A program made the translations under genes and the position numbers. A stretch of 63,166 bases of DNA, filler included, from Octopus bimaculoides (lineage: Eukaryota): assembly GCF_001194135.2 (NCBI RefSeq). It is 4 parts of 3 records of this genome, joined end to end, with 100 filler letters (N's around TTAATTAATTAA, not from the genome) between each part and the next. Parts side by side here need not be neighbours in the genome. Positions count along the whole stretch, not along the records: positions 48,709 to 63,166 come from NC_068993.1; 3 more parts are not named here. The stretch is one strand, 5' to 3'. Positions 48,777 to 61,466 of the stretch are shown here, piece after piece (position 1 is the stretch's first letter; each line of letters opens with the position of its first letter). The notes under the pieces are model-generated. The model saw only the letters and a list, made by a program, of their open reading frames with translations, had not been told where the DNA came from and made no database searches.

Positions 48777-49540
48777 GCACACATCCACATATCTGCCGCC
48801 ATTACATGAAGGATGTTTCATAATTCTTGCCCATTCCATCTTGTGTTCTTGAGTCGTTCAGACGTTAACAAGAAATCCATTTATATCAAAACCACTTTAA
48901 CTTTTATTATTCAATATTTTCAAACGACGATACTTCATTTCACTTCTTCGTCTCTTTTTATTTCATCTTCTTTTTCATTGTCCTCTTCTTCTTCTTCTTC
49001 TTCTTCATTATTATCATCTCCTGACTTTTGATTTCGTCCTATTCTTCTTCTTCTTCTTCTTCTTCTTTAAATGATTTTCATTTTTATATATTCTTTCACC
49101 GATGTCATTTTATAATTATTTATATTTTCATTTGGCTCAAAGAAAATCAATTTTTCTATTAAATTTTATTTTCGATTTTTATCGTTATTTCGGTTCTATC
49201 TTCCATTTTCTCACTCAAAGAATGACAATGTTTACCATTTTTATGTTGCATTCTTTTATTTTACGAAAACTCATCACCAAAACCGAGAGCCTTCTTTATG
49301 GATGGAATTTCTGATTTTCCTTCTTTCTTTCTTTCTTTCTTTTTGTTTCTATCTATTTATTTATTTACTTAAAATTTTGTGGAAATTCTTTGAAGCTTTT
49401 TAAAATTAAAATAAAATAAATAATACAATACAAACAAACATGTAAACAAACAAACAAACAAACAAACAAACATATGATATTAATAAACAAATTTGAAGCA
49501 CAGCGATATCTCAGGAAGAAGCAGCAGCAGCAGCAGTAGC

Positions 49541-49600
<60 letters not shown>

Positions 49601-50217
49601 TGATAAAAAGAAGGGAAAATGAAGTGGGGGGACGGGGTGAATAAAGTAAATAGAAGAGAGGTGTAGTGATCTGGGCAATACAAGCATATATCAACAACTA
49701 CCTCCGCCACCCCATCCAAACACTACCACCGCCACTACCACCGCTACTACTACCACTACTNNNNNNNNNNNNNNNNNNNNNNNNNNNNNNNNNNNNNNNN
49801 NNNNNNNNNNNNNNNNNNNNNNNNNNNNNNNNNNNNNNNNNNNNNNNNNNNNNNNNNNNNNNNNNNNNNNNNNNNNNNNNNNNNNNNNNNNNNNNNNNNN
49901 NNNNNNNNNNNNNNNNNNNNNNNNNNNNNNNNNNNNNNNNNNNNNNNNNNNNNNNNNNNNNNNNNNNNNNNNNNNNNNNNNNNNNNNNNNNNNNNNNNNN
50001 NNNNNNNNNNNNNNNNNNNNNTTTTCTTTCGTTTCGTTTCATTTGCCTGCTACATAGAGAATATTTGGGGTTGACAGGGGTCTCTGTTGAGTTTCGACCA
50101 TCTTTGACAGGTTTAGTCACACACACACACACACTCACTTCCAAACATTGAACATCTAACGCTGATTGTTTATGCAAACATTGTATAAATCCCAGATCAC
50201 ACACACGCGCACGCGCG

Positions 50218-50248
<31 letters not shown>

Positions 50249-50544
50249 CGACGTGTTTAAGATATGTAGAACAACTCACCATAACGATCAACAGATCAAT
50301 CACTTACACAACCCACCCATACGTATAGACACAAACACACAATCGTACACATGCAAATACACTTACGCACACATACTCGCATACACAGCTCACACAACCA
50401 CGGACACCCAAGCAGGCACGAACACACATATCACTCCACACACTGTGACAGCCAAACACAAACACATATACACACTTAGGCAGCCCACACATACACACGC
50501 ATACACACCACACAAAAGCACACAGTGTGGCCAACTATCATAAG

Positions 50545-50738
50545 CTAATATCGGCTTCAAATTTCGGGGGAAGGCTTAAGTTGATTACATTGACCCCCAG
50601 TGTTCAACTGGTACTCATTTTATCAACTCCGAAAGGGATGAAAGGCAAAGTCGACCTCGGTGTAATTTGAACTTAGAACATATAGAAGGACGAATGCCGC
50701 GAAGCGTTTATCCCGGTGTGCTAACGGTTCTGCCAGCG
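50545..50738 (-). mobile_element. SINE family A
   Basis: Core gaaagggatgaaaggcaaagtcgacctcgg..atttgaact. Confidence 0.85.
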
Positions 50739-50864
50739 CGTGTCACGTGACAAGCTGCAGGGAATATAGACACTCGCCCTTTATCTAACCAGGACGATAT
50801 CCCTTTATTAACCCCAGGTTATACTCATGTGTCAAAAGAAGTAAACGTTTTTTCTTTTTCTTTT

Positions 50865-51065
50865 TTTTTTCTGTTACACAAGGCCTGAAATTTTGGCGAG
50901 GAAGAGGGCTACGTTGGCCCCAGTACTTGACTGGTTTTTATTTTATCGATCCCGAAAGAACGAAAAGCGAAATTGACTTAAGAAGTATTTAGACTCGGAA
51001 CATAAACCCGAAAGAAATGCCGCTAAGCATTTTGTCCGACACGTTGACGATTCTGTCAGTTTGCC
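50865..51065 (-). mobile_element. SINE family A, diverged
   Basis: ccccagtacttgactgg..ttttatcgatcccgaaag..gaaatgccgctaagcattttgtccg. Confidence 0.75.
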
Positions 51066-51199
51066 AGACATGGCACACTGTTTAGATCCAATTGGTTCTT
51101 ACCTATTTTTCTGTTTCTCCCTCTTTACCCGTTCCCTACCCACAATTCCCCACCAGCACTCACACACGAGCTCAGGGAAGAGAAGTCTTGAAGACAACG

Positions 51200-51440
51200 T
51201 TATTACATAATATTAACAACCTTATGTTAATTAAACACAAACGAACATTAACAGCATTAACATCATTAACAGATTTATATTAAACATTAACAAAACATTA
51301 ATAACGTTATACTAACATAACATAAACATATCATTAACAACCATGTACACATAACATTAACATAACATTAACGTTTATAATAATTTAACATCAACGTTAA
51401 CAACCTGTATTAATGTCACATTAACAACCTTACATGGCAT
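51200..51440. repeat. Degenerate AACATT-type low-complexity tandem repeat
   Basis: Repeated aacatta/taacat units. Confidence 0.7.
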
Positions 51441-51441
51441 T

Positions 51442-51625
51442 AAAGGCGGCAAGCTGGAAGAATAGTTACTATGCCGGACAAAAAGCTGTACCGCATTTCC
51501 TCCGGCTCTTTACGCTCTGAGTTGAAATGTCGCCGAGTTCAACTTAGTCTTTCATCCTTTTAAGGTCGATAAAATAAGTACCAGTAGAGTATCGGTAACA
51601 CCCGCCTCCCTGCTGAAATGTCCTT
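51442..51625 (+). mobile_element. SINE family A, diverged
   Basis: aaggcggcaagctgg..ctgagttgaaat..ttcatcctttt..gtcgataaaataagtaccag. Confidence 0.8.
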
Positions 51626-51644
51626 GTGATAAAAATTATTTTGA

Positions 51645-51861
51645 TTTCGAATTTTCACACAAGGCCAGCAATTTCGGGGTGGGCGAGGGGATGAGTCGAT
51701 TACATCGACACCAGTATGTAACTGGTACTTATTTCAACAACTCCAAAAGGATGAAAGGCAATGTCGACCTCGGCGGAATTTGAACTCAAAACATAGCGAC
51801 GGACGAAATGCCGCTAAGCATTTTGTCCGACCTGCTAACGATTCTGCTAGCTCGCTACCTT
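51645..51861 (-). mobile_element. SINE family A
   Basis: Complete tail, core and head in reverse complement. Confidence 0.88.
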
Positions 51862-51889
51862 AATTTTAATATTGATATTAACCAAACTA

Positions 51890-52092
51890 AAGGTGGCGAT
51901 ATTGCAGAACCGTTAGCACGCCAGACACAGATAAAATGCTTAGCGACATTTCAGTCTTCTCCACGTTCTTTGTTCAAATTCAACTGAAGTCGATTTTACC
52001 TTTCATTCTTTCGGGCTCGATAAAATGAGTACCAGCTGAGCACTGGTGTCAATGTAATCGATTTAACCCTTAAAATTGCTGGCCTTGTGCCA
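51890..52092 (+). mobile_element. SINE family A
   Basis: aaggtggcga..gcagaaccgttagcacgcc..aaatgcttagcg..cgataaaatgagtaccag. Confidence 0.82.
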
Positions 52093-54816
52093 ATATTACC
52101 TGTTTGGATTATGAGATCAAAATATGTTAAGTGCAGGTTTTACCCTGTTGTTCCTCCAGGGCCCATGCAACAATGTCTACAATACACTAAGTTTAATATC
52201 TTTTAATCCTGACTATTCTTTTACAAGCAAGAAAGAGCATTGACGCTATGCTTCTTGAAGAACACCTGAAATCTCACTGCAGTTTAGATTCGAAGTTCGA
52301 ATCCAGTATGTGCCGATATCTTTATTTCATTACATGGAGGGTGCTTACATATTTCATGTAATATGCCAAGAAAGTTTAGCTAATTAAATTTACGGCATTA
52401 ATTAGGGGAATAATTACTAATAAATTACTAAGGAAAAATAAGAGACACGACTATACATCATACACACACCCGCTGTATTCCATATTTATTTAATTTTAAT
52501 TAATTAAAGTATCAAGGTTGTCTCCCCAACCTATCTTTACCTGAATTAACCGTTCAGATTAATTATTAATCTCATTACTACAGTTGTAGATTTAAGTGAT
52601 CAAAATTGTTTTATTTTGAGGTGACTAAATTAAGCAGCCACTGTCGTCGTCGTCGTCGATGTTGTTGTTTAACTTCCGGTCAGCCCCGATCGGGGCATTC
52701 CGGCTCTGACCATTCGAAAATCACTGAATGTAGTGGCACAAAGATGGAGTAAAATTAGAATTACAGATTGAAAGTACAATAACACACACACACTCGCAAA
52801 CTCACACGTCATACTCACGCACGTACACACAGAGCCTAAATGCATTTACAATGGTGAAGATTTTGTTGTGAAAAATCAGGAAAATCCAAAGTAAAAATTG
52901 AAGAAGATCGCATCAGTTTCTTATTGATTTTAACGTTTAACTTTGCTGTTACACGAAATGTGAAAATGCATTTGGTTTACGTTTTATTTATCAACTTTTA
53001 TATTAAAATAAGGGACCACACTTCGGGTGTCACCGGTTCTGAGTCCGCACAGAACGGATCATAATCACACAGACATACACCAACGGACACATATTACATA
53101 TATACATGCTTATATAGATACACACACATAGACACTCACATATATACACACATACACACGCGCATATACACATTCACGCACACACATACATCACGCGCAT
53201 ACACATACGCATACATACATATGCGCACTCGCATATACATATATACACAGATACACAGGCATGCACACATACACAGGCATGCACACATACACACACACAC
53301 ACACACACACATGTACACATGCACATACACACCTTCACACGCACATGTGCATACACACACACACATACAAACAGACACATCCCCCATACACATACACACG
53401 CACACATACACACACATACAAACACGTACAGACACACACACACACACACACACACGCTGCAATTAGTAATCAGAATATTGATTTCTTTAACTAACTAGAT
53501 GGCTAATTTGATGGGAGAGGATGAACTCTGGTCGTTTGACTAAGCAGATATATTCCTGCTCCTTCTATTAATCCCAAATTGTTGTAGAACTTTACTTACT
53601 CTCTACCAACATGGCTGCTGTCATCAACGTGGCAGACGATCTCAATAGACACGAAATCTTTATTCAAGAGAAATCAACTGAAGCGTTCAATAAAATCAGT
53701 TAACTTAACAATTTAATAATCAATTCACATTCATTATTTCAATAGAATTATCCACAATTTCAATGGCAGTATCATTATGACTGATTAATAAACATTTCGT
53801 CTCCACATCTAATTGTTATTTTTAATCTACAACATAGAAATCTCTTCATTGAACTTGTAATCATTTACAATGTTATATCCTCAATTTATCATGGCCGTCT
53901 TTAATTTATTGATCTTTCTCTAACTAGGAATATATTCCAAACGACCCGGGACGATCTTAGAGGTCACTAGAGTAAAAGTATTGAACTAGCGACTCTTAAG
54001 TCATATACATAAATCTTTGTTGATCTATAATCGGTTCTTAATTCAATGTGAAGTGAATTCACTAAGATCTCATACAATTGATACTATATTGCTAGGGAAT
54101 GTCACTCGCAGTGGACAGTTGGCCGACCAGAGAAGACACTTATTACTGATTCACTTAACATTAGCGATTTGGCACACAAGACTTTAAGAGCCACTCAATC
54201 TTTGTGCGTCCATCATTTGAGGATGAATCTTCGGAAGAACAAACAAACCTAGTTTCCGAGACGTCAGCAAAAATCAGTTCTTGAGATGCATTGATGAAGA
54301 ATATCTGCTTCTATCGATCTATCTATCCATATATATATATATATATATANNNNNNNNNNNNNNNNNNNNNNNNNNNNNNNNNNNNNNNNNNNNNNNNNNN
54401 NNNNNNNNNNNNNNNNNNNNNNNNNNNNNNNNNNNNNNNNNNNNNNNNNNNNNNNNNNNNNNNNNNNNNNNNNNNNNNNNNNNNNNNNNNNNNNNNNNNN
54501 NNNNNNNNNNNNNNNNNNNNNNNNNNNNNNNNNNNNNNNNNNNNNNNNNNNNNNNNNNNNNNNNNNNNNNNNNNNNNNNNNNNNNNNNNNNNNNNNNNNN
54601 NNNNNNNNNNNNNNNNNNNNNNNNNNNNNNNNNNNNNNNNNNNNNNNNNNNNNNNNNNNTTCCTAAAGTTAACTGGAAAATATAGTTGGGTTTGTTCGTG
54701 TAACCAGTCAGCATATTTATCGCGAAAATAAGAGGTGTGAGTTCGTTATCCGCGCGTACTAATGCCCATTTTTTTCCGTCGGGGGTGTATATATGTCCTA
54801 ATATTGTACTATTTCT

Positions 54817-55135
54817 AGGGCGGCGAGCTGGCAAAAACGTTAGCACTCCGGGCGAAATGCTTAGCGGTATTTCGTCTGCTGTTACGTCCTGAGTTCAAAT
54901 TCCGCCGAGGTCGACTTGGCCTTTCATCCTTGTCCTCCACCAGCGCTTGGCAACTGTTGTTGGTCTGTTAGCGTCCCCATAAGTTAGCGGTTCGGTAAAA
55001 GAGACCGATAGAATACATACCAGGCTTAAAAACATTTACAAGTTCTGGGGTCTATTTGTTGCATTAAGTCTCTTGACTCGGTGCCCCAGCTTAGTCGCAG
55101 TCTAATGACGGAAACAAGTAAATGATAAACGATAA
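54817..55135 (+). mobile_element. SINE family A 5' half joined to SINE family B 3' half
   Basis: Family A sequence stops at ctttcatcct (about 54931). It continues with gcttggcaac..agttagcggttcggtaaaagagaccgatag..gcagtctaatgacggaaacaag, the family B body and tail. Confidence 0.8.
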
Positions 55136-57663
55136 ATGCTATATGAAACGAAATGTGAATGTTATAGACATGTTCTGGTCTTATTAAACCTCCTAAGAGA
55201 AATAAATTCTACTTTGTTTATTTAAAATTATTCTCACTGTTGACGACCAGTTGGATGAAACGATAAGTGATTAGTCTAAATCCTGAACATAGTTTAAATC
55301 CCTCCATATATCTACAAACCAAATTGTCAAAATCATTCTACGTGAGTTAAAAGATGTACCAGTAATATAGAACGGTATATTGTCCTAAAAACAAACTGGA
55401 TTTATGTCTGGACAATGGGAAGTAATATTCATGTCTGAAAGGATACTGTAGGGTAAATTAAAGAAAGGGCCAGAGAGAGAGAGCGGGTAAGGGGGAGAGA
55501 GAGGACGGGTAAGAGGGGGGAGATATAAACTTGACTTGTTAATAACTTTATTGTATTGTTTGCTTCAACAAATTGATTAGAAGGACACGAACGGAAATCT
55601 TAACTTTTGCACGTTTAGCTAGATTAGATAAAATGTATAAGAAAACCGGAATTGTTTTGGTATCAAAGAAATGGAAGACTCAACCAGAAGATGCTTACGT
55701 TATATTGTCGGGGTTTATATCTGAAATTTGGTCTGAATGCATCTATTACAGTGATGGCTGATGCATGAAAATCGTATAAAAATTAGGTGATACTTGAGAA
55801 GACAGTCATAGTAGAGAAGATTGTCTGCAATGACTTTTGCCTTTCTTCACGCAACAGATACGATGTCGTTTCATCGAAATCATCGACTGGAATGGAGTGA
55901 GTGGAATGGTCGATGAGACCGTCATCTTTGGAATTGAGTGATAATTTCAGCTTGATCTCCTTTTAATAAACGAACGGGGAGGGAGAAGTTTAGGTGCCAT
56001 GATTGTTTGCGAAGTTGAAGAAACTATCAAAGACAACGATGATAACTTTAGAATTGATTTCAATTATGCTAAAATTAAAACGAAAATGAATCCTTTGTCT
56101 GCTGGTGGACATGAATTCTAGTTTCGTCATTCTAAAACCAAAAGAGAACTGCAATGGCTAGAAGAGGGAAGTTGTTCAAGCAGAACAGGCAGACTCTAAC
56201 AAAATATGCACTTTCTCCAAGAAGGAGAATCGACGGCGAATAAGCAAACACGCCATGTTCTTCAATGAACAATAGGTGCCATTGAGATTTGGCGGAGCGT
56301 GTAAGTGGCAAGTTTAACTAACAGCGTATGCTTCATAAATTGTTTACATACCCTTTCTCTCTCTTTCTCTCTCTCTCTCTCATATACATATATATATATA
56401 TATNNNNNNNNNNNNNNNNNNNNNNNNNNNNNNNNNNNNNNNNNNNNNNNNNNNNNNNNNNNNNNNNNNNNNNNNNNNNNNNNNNNNNNNNNNNNNNNNN
56501 NNNNNNNNNNNNTCTCTCTCTCTTTCTCTCTCTCTCTCTCTTCCTTCCTCTCTATTCAGCATTAGATTATCTGTCAGCAGTCATCGTAGCACAGTTAAGC
56601 CGTTTGCTTTGCAAATTCGCCCGGAAATTATCTAGTAACAATTATCGCAGTAAAAATAGATCGCCATTCGTTACTTTGTCTCTGTTCCTTTCTATACACC
56701 GTCATCTCTCTCTCTTCTCCACTTCTCTTTCCATTCAAACACACACACACACACACACATACATACACGCGCGCGCGCGCACATACATACATACGTATGT
56801 ATGTATGCATGTATGTTTGTAGACATACATCCATACATACATACATACAAAATTTGCAGGAGTGTTCTGCGAAATATATTCCTGAACTATTTAAAATTTA
56901 TTTATTTATTTATTTTCCAGAAATTATTTTGCAAAATCTGCCATTCCATAGAATATTTAGATAAATTATTGAAAGAACTCTTTGAAAAAATGTTCTGTAT
57001 TACTTTTTCATTGAAATTTATTTTCAATTTTGTGCGTGTGTGTGTGTGGAGANNNNNNNNNNNNNNNNNNNNNNNNNNNNNNNNNNNNNNNNNNNNNNNN
57101 NNNNNNNNNNNNNNNNNNNNNNNNNNNNNNNNNNNNNNNNNNNNNNNNNNNNNNNNNNNNNNNNNNNNNNNNNNNNNNNTGGAGAGAGGGAGAGGGGGAG
57201 AGAGAGAGAGAGAGAGAAAGGGGGAGAGACAAAAAAGAAAGAGAAAGGCTGAGCACTGTTAAAATGAAGTAACAGTGAAAAACTAGGGTCTATTTAATCG
57301 ACTATACTCTCCCCACTCCCCCCCCCAAAAAAAATTATTCGATCTTATACCACTGTCAGAAATCATATAAAATTAAAATATCAAAAATATCGGTTGGAGT
57401 GGATTAACTAGATAGAATAGCCAGATACTTCGGGAGAAATTGAATACGTCATGGCTACCTGATTCTAAAGATCATTACTGACGTAAATGAAATGATCAAG
57501 CTTCACCAGAGATTGAACCTGCATCATAGTTGTCACTTGCCGGAAGCTTGAAATACACTTTGATATAACTGTGCGAATCTCTGTGAGTTTGCGAATGAAT
57601 GTAAACGTGTGTGTTCGTATGTGTGTGCATTATGCGTATGTATATTGTTCTATTGAAGCTGGA

Positions 57664-57769
57664 AAAACCTCACAAACTCTAACTCGGAGTTTCGCCTGAC
57701 CTTTCATCAGACAGGACAGTTTCACTCCCGGTCACCTGAAAATCGGAGTTAAGAGTTTGTGAAGATTTT
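57664..57769 (-). repeat. Inverted repeat of about 30 bp enclosing a hammerhead-like core
   Basis: Arms 57664-57693 and 57738-57769; the minus strand reads UUU-UCAGG..CCUGU-CUGAUGA-AAGGUCAGGC-GAAAC. Confidence 0.55.
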
Positions 57770-58920
57770 CTTCATGTTCGATAAAACACTATTTTACTCT
57801 CCATGTCATTTTCGAGTTCTGTTTTCGCCAACTTGTTTAGCATCCGTTTGCTCACATGTATGTATGTATATATGTATGTATGTATGTATGTATGTCCGCC
57901 AGGATTGATCGCTAGCCACTAAACCTTTTTTTATTTTCTCTCTCTGTTTATTTCTGTGTTCCTTTTTGATGAAGTGCGTAGGCTCGAAATGTAAAAGACT
58001 TTTTCACTTTCCGAGCGTTAAACTAATATATCTGTTTGCTGTTTACACACCCGTCTTCGTCTTTTGTTTTGTTNNNNNNNNNNNNNNNNNNNNNNNNNNN
58101 NNNNNNNNNNNNNNNNNNNNNNNNNNNNNNNNNNNNNNNNNNNNNNNNNNNNNNNNNNNNNNNNNNNNNNNNNNNNNNNNNNNNNNNNNNNNNNNNNNNN
58201 NNNNNNNNNNNNNNNNNNNNNNNNNNNNNNNNNNNNNNNNNNNNNNNNNNNNNNNNNNNNNNNNNNNNNNNNNNNNNNNNNNNNNNNNNNNNNNNNNNNN
58301 NNNNNNNNNNNNNNNNNNNNNNNNNNNNNNNNNNNNNNNNNNNNNNNNNNNNNNNNNNNNNNNNNNNNNNNNNNNNNNNNNNNNNNNNNNNNNNNNNNNN
58401 NNNNNNNNNNNNNNNNNNNNNNNNNNNNNNNNNNNNNNNNNNNNNNNNNNNNNNNNNNNNNNNNNNNNNNNNNNNNNNNNNNNNNNNNNNNNNNNNNNNN
58501 NNNNNNNNNNNNNNNNNNNNNNNNNNNNNNNNNNNNNNNNNNNNNNNNNNNNNNNNNNNNNNNNNNNNNNNNNNNNNNNNNNNNNNNNNNNNNNNNNNNN
58601 NNNNNNNNNNNNNNNNNNNNNNNNNNNNNNNNNNNNNNNNNNNNNNNNNNNNNNNNNNNNNNNNNNNNNNNNNNNNNNNNNNNNNNNNNNNNNNNNNNNN
58701 NNNNNNNNNNNNNNNNNNNNNNNNNNNNNNNNNNNNNNNNNNNNNNNNNNNNNNNNNNNNNNNNNNNNNNNNNNNNNNNNNNNNNNNNNNNNNNNNNNNN
58801 NNNNNNNNNNNNNNNNNNNNNNNNNNNNNNNNNNNNNNNNNNNNNNNNNNNNNNNNNNNNNNNNNNNNNNNNNNNNNNNNNNNNNNNNNNNNNNNNNNNN
58901 NNNNNNNNNNNNNNNNNNNN

Positions 58921-59007
58921 TCTTCTTCTTCTTCTTCTTCTTCTTCTTCTTCTTCTTCTTCTTCTTCTTCTTCTTCTTCTTCTTCTTCTTCTTCTTCTTC
59001 TTCTTCT
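58921..59007. repeat. (TCT)n microsatellite; an opposite-sense (GAA)n array lies at 59235-59301
   Basis: Direct read. Confidence 0.95.
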
Positions 59008-60710
59008 TTCTTTTCTCGGAACGTGTATGTCTCATGGAATCTTTGATCAGCAACGACGAGTTGGAACAAGATGGAGGAATGAGATGAAGTACAAATTTCT
59101 CTGATTAGCTGGATAGCTTGAAAAGGCAAAACTTTCACCGTTAGAAAGAAAAGTATAGTACACACACACACACACATTTTTACAAGCACACATATACACC
59201 TACTCAAGCATACACATATACAGACATATATTTGAAGAAGAAGAAGAAGAAGAAGAAGAAGAAGAAGAAGAAGAAGAAGAAGAAGAAGAAGAAGAAGAAG
59301 AATAGCTCACATATGTAACAAAAGTATTGTTGTTGTTCCTTAAACAGCATTTTTAATAATTTCAAAAAGTCCTTATCTGCACCGTGTACAGTGAAATCTG
59401 AAAATGATTATTCGCACATTTATTCTTAACTCGTCTCGGAAGGTCCGAACGCAAAATATGCAAGTTGCTGTTGTGCACGTCAAAGAATAATTTCTGTGCT
59501 TTAAGACGACAGTTCGCTCAACACACTCGGTTAATTGGCGTTTGGCATTCTAGGACACTGGTGTTTCGATATGCTGTGTCTCATTAACTACAAGAAGCCG
59601 GTACTCTTAGCCTAAACCAATCCGCTGACTTTGTTTCTAGTACATGATGGAAATAACAATGTTTCATCGGTTGATAGATACAAGCACCGATTTGCAAAAA
59701 TTTTGTTTGTTGAATGTATAAACAAAGACAGCGGCTGCGTTAGGGCTCAGAGTTCCGGCTACTTGTGGCTGATGAGGCATAACATGTCGACACAGCGGTG
59801 ACTCAGAATGCCGTGCGGCAATGGCCCGAATGTATTGTATACACTGCCGTCGTGAAAGGGAGGAGTTCTTTTCCTATGGCGTACACTACAGCGACCAACA
59901 TATTTTGCATCTGAATCTGTCGAAACGTGTTAGGAATTAATATGCGAATAATCCTTTTTAACAAAGAATTCCATGAATATGAAAAAAATGTTCATACACA
60001 TAAAGTATTATCACAATGTATCATTAGAATGAAAGATAATGAATGGAGCTTAATGAAGACTCGAAATTATACATGATGTATATACATGTGGGCGCACATA
60101 AATACATTTATTTGTATTATGTATAAGTACATATATATGTGTGCATGTATATATATATATTCCTATTTAAAATGTGTAAAAGTTGATTATCATTGGTTGT
60201 TGTGATGAAGGAAGTGTCAGGTTACGTGGTCTATGCATGTACGAAAGTACACGTTGTCGGTTGTGGGTGTGTGGTGTGCGGATGTAAGCGGTTTTGTTAT
60301 ATACACTGATATGTTTACATGGAAAAGGACTGTTTTATATATAGAGAGAGAGCGGGGGGGGGGAGAACAAGAACTACGCAATCATAATTTTAACACTTCC
60401 GATGAGGCTCTAAGGGAATGCACAAATACTCAGCTCTGAGTGAACAGCATCTTATAGCAGAAACAACTGTAAGTTAAGGAACTTGACTGTGTCATTCCTC
60501 TTCCCTTGTTATTCATTTAATTTCCTTTTACACTCTGCACTCAACAAACGCTTTATTCTCCAGCATATGCATAGAGGTCTAACACCGGGTTATCAGTGTC
60601 ACTACGCCGATGCAAAATATTAATATGTGTGTGTATGTGTTTGGATATGTATGTGTGTGTATATATGTAAATATATATATATATAGTTCAAATTTATAGA
60701 AAACGTATAC

Positions 60711-60757
<47 letters not shown>

Positions 60758-60829
60758 TACATACATGCATACATACATACATATATATATATATATACAC
60801 ACACATATATATGTAAGAATATTTATTCG

Positions 60830-60955
60830 AACGAATTGACCCTAATACACTTTCAAGCTTCGTACTTATTCTATCGCCCTATTAACCGAACAGCTAAGTT
60901 ACAAGGACTTAAACAAACCAAGAGTGGTTGTCAAGCAGTGGTGGGCGACAAAGAT
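60830..60955 (-). mobile_element. SINE family B fragment
   Basis: tacttattctatcg..ccgaacagctaagttac..ggttgtcaagcagtggtggg. Confidence 0.65.
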
Positions 60956-61129
60956 ACACTTACACTCACACACACGCAAACACACACACAAACGCAGAGA
61001 GATCGATAGATAGATTGATAGATAGATAGGTGTGTTTGTGTGTGTCTCTATGTATATATATAAATCCGTACATAGATATACATACATATATATAATTATA
61101 CATGCATACATGTATACATATATATATAC

Positions 61130-61190
<61 letters not shown>

Positions 61191-61207
61191 TAGATGCGTG
61201 TAAATAC

Positions 61208-61264
<57 letters not shown>

Positions 61265-61421
61265 TCCACACACACACACATATACAGATATAGGTGGGTG
61301 TATATGTGTGCGTGTGTGTTTGCTTTGCGCGTGTGTCTGATTGCGAAACAGTTCTTTGAAGTATATCATGTAAAGACGCACGTGCACACACATGCGCACA
61401 CACACATGCGCGCGCGCACAT

Positions 61422-61466
<45 letters not shown>

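Noticed and set aside
52250-52315. UUGAAGA...GAAG-UUCGAA-UC hammerhead-like string
   Set aside because: Two core changes and no helix I.
54215-54272. UGAGGA...UUCC-GAGAC-GUC resembling a PLE hammerhead tail
   Set aside because: GAAA is mutated and the helices do not pair.
7197-59207. Long ORFs in the supplied track made of X runs or of poly-I/N/Y/CV/HT/LS
   Set aside because: They are open only because they cross N-gaps or microsatellites, with no coding signal.
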